DNA of 64,000 nucleotides from Mytilus californianus (taxonomy: Eukaryota): the NCBI RefSeq assembly GCF_021869535.1, contig NW_026262734.1:52948001-53012000 (forward strand), given 5' to 3'. The translations under genes and the position numbers were made by a program. Every line of letters begins with the position of its first letter. Position 1 is the first letter of the stretch. A model generated the notes under the pieces. It had not been told where the DNA came from. It ran no database searches and saw only the letters and a program-made list of their open reading frames with translations. Below, piece after piece: positions 40,301 to 52,100 of the stretch.

Positions 40301-43300
40301 TATCCAAAAGTATCTTATGAGGATCAGTTTTATTTTATTTAATTATCAACTGTCCGTGCTCTTGGCAATGTTTGAAAGATCAATGATTTTTCTTAAATTT
40401 GTTTGTAGATGATCATGAAAGATAATGATCATTGTGTAAAGTTTTATCGGTACATTAAACTTAATGTAATAATATTCTATATTCTTGTTGAATCCATAAT
40501 GTATATCAAACCTGTTCTTCTTCTTTTTTGTCTTTCTTTGATTGTCTCAAATTTTCTACAAATGATATGAAAAACATCAACTAGTTGTATGCAAATGTTA
40601 TTTACCAGAGATAACCAAATCTGAAAACTACATAAGGTGACCAGAGGTAACCAAATCCAATATTAACATAAGGTGACCAGAGGTCACCAAATCCTATATT
40701 TCCATAAGATGACCAGAGGTAACCAAATCCAATATATGAATAAGGTGACTAGAAGTTACCCCATTCTAGCATATTAAGGCCAACAGAAGTTAACAAATCC
40801 CATTTCTGGCTAAGATGACCACATGATATCAACTTAAATATTTGTGTAAGGTAATCAAGAAACAAAAAAAATGATTAGTTCAATCGAGCCTAAGTGGCCA
40901 TTTTACCAGAAACGATTGCAAGTTTCAAGTTCAAAAAGAATAATAGTTGCAGCATTATATAAATATAGTGTATGTTTTCATCATATTAAAGGTTTGATAC
41001 AATAAATTAAATGCATACATACCACTCTGATCTACATTTTCTGAGGACTTCTGAAAAAAGAAGATAAACATATGATAATTGTATTAGTAAATTCAATTTT
41101 ATTTATCCAAAAGTGTCTTATGAGGATCAGTTTTATTTTATTTAATTATCAACTGTCAGTGTTCTTGGCAATGTTTTAAAGATCAATGACTTTTCTTAAA
41201 TTTGTTTGTAGATGAGCATGAAAGATAATGATCATTGTGTAAAGTTTTATCAATATATTAAACTTAATAAAATAATATTCTATATTCTTGTTGAATCCAT
41301 AATGTATATCAAACCTGTTCTTCTTCTTTTTTGTCTTTCTTTGATTGTCTCAAATTTTCTACAAATGATATGAAAAACATCAACTAGTTGTATGCAAATG
41401 TTATTTACCAGAGATAACCAAATCTGAAAACTACATAAGGTGACCAGAGGTAACCAAATCCAATATTAACATAAGGTGACCAGAGGTCACCAAATCCAAT
41501 ATTAACATAAGGTGACCAGAGGTAACCAAATCCAATATATGAATAAGGTGACTAGAAGTTACCCCATTCTAGCATATTAAGGCCAACAGAAGTTAACAAA
41601 TCCCATTTCTGGCTAAGATGACCACATGATATCAACTTAAATATTTGTGTAAGGTAATCAAGAAACAAAAAAAATTATTAGTTCAATCGAGCCTAAGTGG
41701 CCATTTTACCAGAAACGATTGCAAGTTGTAAGTTCAAAAAGAATAATAGTTGCAGCATTATACAAACATAATGTATGTTTCCATCATATTAAAAGTTTGA
41801 TACAATAAATTAAATGCATACATACCACTCTGATCTACATTTTCTGAGGACTCCTGAAAAAAGAAGATAAGCATATGATAATTGTATTAGTAAATTCAAT
41901 TTTATTTATCCAAAAATATCTAATGAGGATCAGTATTATTTTTATTTAATTATCAACTGTCAGTGTTTTTGGCAATGTTTGAAAGATCAATGATTTTTCT
42001 TAAATTTGTTTGTAGATGATCATGAAAGATAATGATCAATGTGTAAAGTTTATCGGTATATTAAACTTAATGTAATAATATTCTATATTCTTGTTGAATC
42101 CATAATGCATATCAAACCTGTTCTTCTTCTTTTTTGTCTTTCTTTGATTGTCTAAAACTTTCTACAAATGAAATGAAAAACATCAACTAGTTGTATGTAA
42201 ATGTTAATTACCAGAGATAACCAAATCTAAAATATGCATATGGTGACCAGAGGTAACCGAATCCAATATTAACATAAGGTGACCAGAGGTCACCAAATCT
42301 GAAATCTGCATTAGGTGACCAGAGGTAACCAAATCCAGTATTTCCATAAGGTGACCAGAGATAACCAAATCTAATATATGAATAAGGTGACCAGAGGTAA
42401 CCAAACCCGTTATTAACATAAGGTGACCAGAGGTCACCAAATCCAATATATGAATAAGGTGACCAGAAGTAACCCCGTTGTAGTAAGGCAAACAGAGGTT
42501 AACAGATCTAATTTCTGGTAAAAATGACCACATGTAATCAAAATTAAATATTTGTGTAAGGTAATCAAGAAACAAAAAATGATTTTTTCAACTAAGCCTA
42601 AGTGGCCATTACCAGAAACGATTGCAAGTTTTAAGTTCAAAAAGAATATTAGTTGCAGCATTATATGAACTTTGTGTACATATCTATCATATTAAAGGTT
42701 TAATACAATAAATTAAATGCATACAAACCACTCTCAAGGTGACCACAAGTATTCAGATGCAATATCGCGGTAAGGTGAGCAGAGGTAACAAAACCTAATA
42801 TTTACATTATGTGACAAGAGCTAGCAAATCCAATAAATACATATGGTGACCAGAGGTAACCAAATCCAATATCAGCATAGGTGACTAGATGAACGTATTC
42901 CAATATTTACATAAGTTGACCTGAAGTAACCAAATCCGTTATCTTCATTAGGTGACAAGAGGTTACCAAATCAATTATCTGCATAAGGTACACAGAGGTA
43001 ACCAAATCCTATATATGCGTAAGATGACCAGATGTAACCAAATCCTATATGCGGAAGGTGACCAGTGGTAACAATTCAAATATTTGCAGAAGGTAACCAG
43101 AGTTAACCGAATACTATTTTAGCATAAGTTGACCAGATGTAACAAAAGCCGCTATTTGCATAAACTAACAGAGGTAATCAAATCCAATAATTGCATAGGT
43201 TGACCAGAGGTAATACAATACTTTTTTGCATAAGATAACCAGAGGTAACCAAATTCAATATTTGCATTAGTTGATCAGAGTTAACCGAATCCAATATTAA

Positions 43301-44720
43301 CATAAGGTGACCAGAGGTCACCAAATCTGAAATCTGCATTAGGTGACCAGAGGTAACCAAATCCAGTATTTCCATAAGGTGACCAGAGATAACCAAATCT
43401 AATATATGAATAAGGTGACCAGAGGTAACCAAACCCGTTATTAACATAAGGTGACCAGAGGTCACCAAATCCAATATATGAATAAGGTGACCAGAAGTAT
43501 TCCCGTTGTAGTAAGGCAAACAGAGGTTAACAGATCTAATTTCTGGTAAAAATGACCACATGTAATCAAAATTAAATATTTGTGTAAGGTAATCAAGAAA
43601 CAAAAAATGATTTGTTCAACTAAGCCTAAGTGGCCATTACCAGAAACGATTGCAAGTTTTAAGTTCAAAAAGAATATTAGTTGCAGCATTATATGAACTT
43701 TGTGTACATATCTATCATATTAAAGGTTTAATACAATAAATTAAATGCATACAAACCACTCTCAAGGTGACCACAAGTATTCAGATGCAATATCGCGGTA
43801 AGGTGAGCAGAGGTAACAAAACCTAATATTTACATTATGTGACAAGAGCTAGCAAATCCAATAAATACATATGGTGACCAGAGGTAACCAAATCCAATAT
43901 CAGCATAGGTGACTAGATGAACGTATTCCAATATTTACATAAGTTGACCTGAAGTAACCAAATCCGTTATCTTCATTAGGTGACAAGAGGTTACCAAATC
44001 AATTATCTGCATAAGGTACACAGAGGTAACCAAATCCTATATATGCGTAAGATGACCAGATGTAACCAAATCCTATATGCGGAAGGTGACCAGTGGTAAC
44101 AATTCAAATATTTGCAGAAGGTAACCAGAGTTAACCGAATACTATTTTAGCATAAGTTGACCAGATGTAACAAAAGCCGCTATTTGCATAAACTAACAGA
44201 GGTAATCAAATCCAATAATTGCATAGGTTGACCAGAGGTAATACAATACTTTTTTGCATAAGATAACCAGAGGTAACCAAATTCAATATTTGCATTAGTT
44301 GATCAGAGTTAACAAAATCTGAAATCTGCATAAGGTATTATCCATCATATTAATTGATTTAATCAACAAATTAAATGCATACATACCATTCTCATCTAAA
44401 ATTTGTATGGACTTCTGAAAAAAGAAGATAAAAATATAATAATTGTATAAGGAAATCAATTGATTTATTCAGAAGTATCAAGTGAGAACAAGCATAAATT
44501 GACCCGATTTTTAATTGTGAATGTTCTTGACAATTTTTGCAAGTTCGTTCATTTTTTTTAGATGATCAGGAAGAAAATTCGATGGTAAAGTGTTTTCAAT
44601 GAATAAACATTTAAAATGTTATGCAACAATCATCTGTAGTCTTGATGAACCAATTATAGATATCAAACCTGTTGTTGTTCTTTTTTTCCTCTCTTTGAAT
44701 GTCTAACTTTTTCTAAAAAA
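31330..44720 (-). repeat. Right internal satellite: ~803-bp higher-order tandem repeat, each unit with a cluster of inverted 36-bp motifs plus AT-rich unique DNA
   Basis: Marker TTAAATGCATACATACC at 36187, 36991, 37794, 38598, 39401, 40204, 41007 and 41810 (803-804 bp spacing). More diverged copies lie at about 31499, 32496, 33287, 35355, 42713, 43741 and 44371. The 36-mer core is GGTGACCAGAGGTAACC. Confidence 0.95.
34790..34960 (+). mobile_element. High-copy mussel-type non-autonomous repeat nested in the right satellite
   Basis: TTGCCAATGAGACAACTG...AAATGACACAGAAATTAACAA...GTACGGCCTTCAACAATGAGC; same family as 21665-21780. Confidence 0.6.
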
Positions 44721-45792
44721 AAGAATAAACAAAATCCATGAAGAGAAACTAAAGGTTAATATTTTTAAAGTCAGTACAATTCAGAGTAAAAATATATACT
44801 CAAATTATTAAATTGCAATATAAAAAAAGGGTAACCTCTCTGTCAAGTATAGATTACCTTGAACAACACGAACCATTTAGTGCTTTTAAATAAGTGTGGG
44901 TGAAACATAAAAAAATTAATAGCTTAACGTGAACTTACTTCTAGCGAAAACTGTGTGAATTATATATATTCATAGGAATTAATTCAGAAGCATGCTTTAT
45001 TATTTTTTCTGCATGCATTTATGTTTATCTATCATTGATTATAATGTAATGTAAAATTGATACAGGATAGAAATGAAGTTGTGATAAAGATACATGACTT
45101 CACAGCAGAGATAATAAATAAGGAAATTGTAATTATTGTGTCAAGCAGAACATTAAGTGAGAACTATAATATGTAAAAGTAGTGGCATATTGACTACACA
45201 TTGATTATATTTGAAGCGTACAGATTTAGGATAAAGCACACCAAACTAAAAGTTCACAGTATTTTATACATTACCATACATCTGTATATAAGAAACAAAA
45301 AAATAAATAAAATCCAACAGCTTATACAATGCAAACAAGAAACTGACAAGTTATATAACAAAATCATTTGAAAAGACAATATTTAAAGAAGACTTGAAAA
45401 GTAGTGTGCACTAAGCAAACGGTACCTATGCCAGCGTCATTCTGTATTAATCAACTAAGTCATGAGGGGGAACATTAAACGTCTGCCTTTACCATGTGAG
45501 TCTGAATGTGAGAACAACAAATCTTTGGATTTCAAAGATATCTTAGAATAAGTTCATTTAGTGCAATCTATAAAAAATGTAAGAAATATCAACATGAATA
45601 TATCTACAAAAATTAATAAGTCGACTTCTGTTATGAAATTAAACGCAACTTATAGAATTATTGAACAAATGGAAGAACAATGATCATTCTACAATTTTGT
45701 TATATCGCATTTTGTCCTTGCAAATTAAATTCTATTTCATTGTATTACTTTAAAAAAAAAATAGAAATGGTAGAATTTTCTATTGCACTCAC

Positions 45793-46175
45793 CAGGTGGA
45801 AAAATTGAGCACAAACTGCATAGTCCTGGAGTCATACACTTTTTGTGGAAATTCCTTTTACAGCATGAACATGCTCTCTGCAATATTTAATAGACATGTT
45901 CAAATTCTATGAATTAATGTAGTTATTGCGAAAAATGTTAATATTAGTGAAAGTTCATCAAATTGATATAAAAAAAAACATTTATATTCTAACCTACAAT
46001 ATCACAAGGTTCTGTTAAAAAATTATCAATTTTAACCATAAAACGTATTTAAATAAGCAATAAAAATAATAAAGCACCCTGTTAAGTTGAACATCAACGA
46101 TCTATAAATGTATATTTACCATGTTAGTTGGTTCTTTAGCACACAAGAAGCATGTCATAACAGCACCTTTTGTTT
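45793..46175 (-). CDS. PHD finger (C4HC3) encoded by two exons
   Basis: TCFLCAKEPTNM|RACSCCKRNFHKKCMTPGLCSLC; strong GTAAAT and GTGAGT donors. Confidence 0.8.
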
Positions 46176-49100
46176 CTATAGTAAAATAGAAATAGATGTT
46201 AACATGAATTAGGAACAACATTCTTCTGCTCCAAATCACAAATTGCAGCAGCTGATAATAAGTCATAAAATTGAAAATGTTTACACTTGGTTGATGTTAT
46301 TTTTTACGTTCCTTCCCGTAGATGGTAATTATGATGGTGATGCTCATTGATGACAGCGGCAGTTTATATGAAGAAGACAATCGCATAAATATATCGGCTA
46401 ACTTAATTAGACCTACAAAAACTAGTTGATTTTTAAACATCTACTTTCCATGTTTATATTTTCATTAATAAGATCGTAATATTTGACAACAACACATTAT
46501 CATACATATATAAGACATGGAATATCATAAAAATAAGTACAGTTTGAGCTGTAGAAAAAAGAGAGAAATTATTACAGAAAACAACCGGAATTATTAAGCT
46601 ATTATTTCCAAACTACATTTTTAAGTATAACATATCAATAATGAATAATACATTAAAGAAACATAAATACATCATTTATAGCGTAAAGAAATTTGGTCAG
46701 AAACAATAGATAAAATTAAAAACAAATCATCAATGAATTGAGATAAACATCAAAGAAAAGGATTTCAAACACATTATTGAACATGTTAAAATTCATATTC
46801 CCTTTTTATTAGATTCACTTATTGTCTAGCAAGAAGATATTAAGTATTTACATAACATACGGTACTATTAGTAAATGCTTTTATTCTATTGATTACTTAC
46901 GCACAGCTTGAACAATTTCACTGCCAATTGTGAATCTTTCAGCTAGGACGTTTAATTCCAAAGATGTATCTGTCTTACTTAGGTATCGGTCGAGGAACTA
47001 AAAAAATAATTCTTAAATGTACACATTGTTTTGTAAATTTTCTATGGCCTGTTCAAAACTGAATGTTTAAATTACTGAAATGATTCATGTAGGCCTAATA
47101 ATGATATAAAAATGTTTTTTTTACAAAAGGTAAATTAAAAGTACCACATATTTATTTGTTTTTCTTTCCATTACATTTAAAGTAATTTATGCAAATCATA
47201 GATTTGGTTAAATTTCACACAACCTTTGTGCTTTGCGGATTTTACTGAAATAGTTTACATGATATATATTCCAAGTTATTGTTTACACATATTTAAATAA
47301 ACAGGTTTGGGAAACAAGTTGTTTACAACTTACAACAATATTTTGTTCATCTTGTTTGTACGATTCTGCCTTTTTTTCAAAATCAACAAGGGTGTCTTTT
47401 ACGTGCAAAATTGTGATCTTTATTAGTATATATATATATCATTGATTTAAGATTCAAGCTTCAATTGAACTTTCATTTATTAACTCTCAATTCATACATG
47501 CAAAGCCCAATGTTTTATGTACCTTCAAACAATAAACACCACATGAGCTAAAATCATTTTGCAGAGGATACCCAACTGCTGTACAGATTGTCCATGTACC
47601 AAGATCTCTGCTTTTAGTGAAGTAGCTACATAATATAATATGAAAAGAAAAATGTGTTACTTAAAATTGATATATATTAAAAAGTCAAGCTGGCTATAGC
47701 CATAATGCCAGCCATTGCCTTACCCCGGACTGTATCATAGAACTTACATGTCTAGCTAGATGTATGATACTTAAGGAGATATTGCACATTCCATAGAAAA
47801 CCGTTCATTTGACCAACCTTTCTAATGTAGGAAAAAAAATATTTGCAGCTGTTTTAAAGTTGATATCAACAACGTTTGGAAAAAAATAACTGGTCTTCAG
47901 TTCTTACTGCTATATTCAATTTACAAAGCTGTGCAATCAATAATACAATTATAGTTCAATTCCAGTATCAACCAGAAGTAATTTTCATTTTAGATTAACA
48001 AATTATATTTCTCTAGATTTGTCCTTATAACTTGTGACTCACTTCTGAAAATTTCAGAATTATAAACCTTTTTTTAAGTATATATATCAAACACAGAAAT
48101 AAAAATTTACTTTGAAACAAATCACATGCATTAAAGCAATAAACGACTGTCATGTAACTACAGTTTCAATCTTACTTGAAATTCTTTTCATATGTTCTCA
48201 ATTTCTTTGATATTTTGAGCGGGTCCATACTTGTCACAATATGGTGTTGGACATCCATAACCTGAAACAAAAATTATTCTCTCTTTTTAATTTCACATAC
48301 TTAAATCTGTTTACATTAACATTTATAAAAAAATAAATATTTTGCTTAATTACTGGTTGTTGCTCAATGTTCAGAAGCAAATATTTGATAATATTCTATA
48401 CGAAGAAGCCAATATTTTATATCTGATATTTCTTTTCTAACTATCATTTCCATGCAGTATAAATGCTTTCATATAAATGAGTGCAATATCAGTTGGAAAA
48501 ATGTATGAGAAAATATATATATTAAGTCAAGTAAGTTGAATTAAGTTATAGAAGAACAACTAACATGACTAAAAACTCAACGAAATGTCTGAAATGCTGT
48601 TCTTGCAACTCATTTTTCTATTAACTTATAACCTCATGGAAAAATGCCTGAATAGTGTAATTAATAACATTAATTGAGCAAATAAACCTACCACAGCAAC
48701 CCAATGACACTTCCCGTCATTAATGCACCCAATGACAGTGTCATACTGTTGTATATCGTCCTAAAAAAGTATTGTAAAATGTTATTATTAACTTGCAAAC
48801 TGATAAAAAAAAAGACCGATGAAACATTAAATACATTTTATAAACAGCAATATAATACCATACACAATACAATATTTAGCATATTGTTTTATTATTTATC
48901 ATTTGATAATTTACATATATCATCAATATGTTAGAATGTCTTATTATTTTGTTAAAACGTGAAAGGCGAATTGGTAATATCCAGCTTTTAGCTGTAAAAA
49001 GAGTAATCTATGTGTAAATCAAAAGCACTTATATAAAAAGAGTTTATAACAGATGATTATATAGTATTATACCTTTTTAAACCAAGTTACGCTTTTCCTC

Positions 49101-52100
49101 CCTTCAAAAATTGAGGTCAGAATCAGACAATCTGCACGGGACACTTTCTGGAAAACGGAAATATGTATAAAACAAATTGTGTGACAAGAACATTGGATTT
49201 ATTTAACTGTTTCTATTACATCGGAACGTGAAATTATATAAGGTTTTTCTTGCCTGGTTCAATACTTCTTCAAAGTCAGTATGAAATTACCCATCAAAAA
49301 TACGAGGAATAAAAGTAAATTCATTTTTCTCATAGTTAATGAGTTGTGCATATATTTCCTTAACGACAATTCCAAATGGGATATAACTCTTATAAGGAAT
49401 ATCCAGATAGCTTCGGTTAAATAATATATGACATCATAAGGGTGTAACGGGTAATTGAGTAAACTAATAAAAGATCGCAGTAGATGTATCTACACGCAAA
49501 ATCGAGATTGGGGAGGTAACTCTATTAATGAGAGTAAAAAGTCTTCGTTAGGGCAATGGCGAAAGCTCATAAGCTGTACGATATCATATAAAACAAAGTC
49601 AAAGCTATATCTGTTAAAAATAATAGCTCAACTTAAAAAAGGCGAACAAAATATAAATAATAATATCAAAATAATGATAATAATTATAATCCTTAAGTAA
49701 AGCTAAAAGTCTTTCAACCGAAAGGTAGAAAGACCTTAAATTATATAAAAGGGAAAAAATAAAAGATGATTTAGTGGAACAAATTTTTCATTCTCTGCAA
49801 AAAGGGTGGTGGGTGCGAAAGTAACTTTTACAATACACAGTTTACTTTGGTGAAATTGAAAATGAATAAAAAATGCATAAAACAAGTTTAGAATGATAAT
49901 TCAGATACCCTTAATGGAGGAATGGATCATGTAGAAAAAGCGAAATTAAATGAATTGATCCTGGAAGTTACAAAAAAATAAGCATGCTTTAAAGTAGCCG
50001 ATGAAAAAATCAGTCAACTCTAAAATAAATGCACTGAAATATGATAAAACGGTTATTAAATAAATACTTTTAATTCGTTTACCTGTACACACTGATCCGT
50101 CCGTTTTTGCAGTACACTACAATAAAGATTAATTATCTGAAAAAAAAAAGAAAATGATAAGGTCAGATCTTTTCAATCAGTATGATACAAAGGAAACCAT
50201 CAACAAAACTAAATATCACAAAGGTGAAGACATACAAGTTTGATCAAGATAACACATAACATAAAGTACCATGATTATGTTATCAGTTTAAGACAGATTA
50301 TTTAAAAAAATCCTTGTACATTTTATAGAACTAAATAAAATCAAAAGACCTCCAAAAACCTGAATGACTTACCTGCATTTTTTTTGTTGTTAAATCTTTC
50401 ATCAATGATTATTTCTGCTTTTCAATGGAAATAAAGTAGTGCTTACATTGTCAAATTGGTATTTAATTTTTTTTGGTATCTGTCATATTTTCTTCAATGG
50501 CAAAACAATGCATTTTAAACCAATATGCTATTAAGCCATAGTGACTATATTTCTTGGCATAAAAGAAAACACAATTACTTTCAGGCCAGTAACTCTTTAA
50601 GGGGTCACAAAAATTAGCAATTTAGTGGCATCAACCAAACAATGGGTAGTTTTATTTGTCTGAAAATGCTTTACCTAATGAACCTTTTCACCAATGTCAG
50701 ATTTAATTTTATTTTAGATACCCTAAGGATGATTAAGCTTACGTTTGGTTGGAATTGGTTCAGTAGTTTCAGAGGAGAGTTCAAGATCTTTGAAAACGTT
50801 TAACCTTTATTACATAAATTAAACCATTAGTACTGTTACCTGATCATTCAACTCCTCCTCAATTTTTAAGCTCATTAAATCCGATACGTAAAGAACATTC
50901 CCATACACCGTACCAAACTTTTCGTCAGCATTTCCTTTCCATGAATTCCATATAGTTTCCAAAAATGCTTTAAATAAATAATCATTTTTAACAATCAAAG
51001 TAATACAAATAATAATACCTGAAACAAATGACATCAATTAAGTTTCTTTTAAATTTTGGAATTCTACGAAAACAGAAGTGCAATCTTGTTTAGCACAGAA
51101 GATCACAATATTTGGGTAGGGTGACCAGAAGTAGCCGCAGTCAATATTATATAAACAATAGGTGCCATATTATTTAAGTCTATAACCGTTTAAATTGCAA
51201 AGAGGTAATAAAGGTTTACAAGTTACAGAATGACATGAGGTAATTAATATCAACATATGTGTAGGGTTAGCAGAGTAAGTCAGAAACTATGTAGGGTGAC
51301 CAGAGGTCAACCAAAGTCACTATCAGTGAAGGGCGACAAGATGTAACCAGTCAATATATTTGTAAGGTAAGCGAATGTTAACTAAGACAATATGCGTAGG
51401 GTGACCAGATTTAATCAAAGAATATATATCTGTTTAAATGTCGCAGAGCTAGCCAAAGTTCATAACTTTGTCACCTGACTAAAGTTAACTAAAATCAATA
51501 TATGTGTAAGATGACCACAGGTTACAAAAGTCAATTACTATGTAAGGTGACCAAATGTAGAGAAAGTCAATAAATGGGAAGGGGTGACCAGAGGGCACCA
51601 GTCCATAAATCTGTAGGGGACAAATGTAACCCAAATCTGTATATGTGTGAACTGCCTACAAGTTAACAAGTTTGATAATTGTGCGGGGGTAACTCAGGTC
51701 AATAACTTAGTAGGAAAAAAGGTTATAAAGTCATTTTATGTGAAGGGTGACCAGAGGCAACCTAAGCCAATATATGAGTAGGGTGACCAGAGATAACCGA
51801 AGTTAATATCTGTGTTAGGTGACCAGAGGTAACCAAAGTTAATATATGTGAAAGGTGACCAGAGGGCACCAGTCAATAAATCTCTATGGCGACCAGATGT
51901 AATCTTTAATCAAAATCTATATCTATGTAAACTGCCGACAGCAAACGAAAGACAATATCTGTCACGTGTATGGCGTTAGGAAGTAACCAGTTTCAATATA
52001 TATGAAGGGTGACCAAAGGTAACCATTGTTTAATCTGGAAGATATGATTTTAGTATGCACACAATTACTGCACAGAGTTTGGTAATTTTAATTTTCCAAC

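Noticed and set aside
32116-43689. Periodic ORFs in the right array (MQILDLVTSGHL type)
   Set aside because: Same satellite artefact; duplicated ORFs simply track the tandem duplication.
7480-44720. CRISPR-like array (conserved 17-bp core with variable spacers)
   Set aside because: Eukaryotic context, no cas genes, and the spacers are homologous to one another.
46205-46412. Alternative minus-strand exons (LIKLADIFMR... and AAICDLEQK...)
   Set aside because: Weak donors; the 46120-46175 exon has stronger sites and completes the PHD finger.
49290-49410. Minus-strand open stretch YLDIPYKSYIPFGIVVKEIY... as a Ulp1 exon
   Set aside because: Its phase is incompatible with the flanking phase-0 exons, and the protease aligns well without it.
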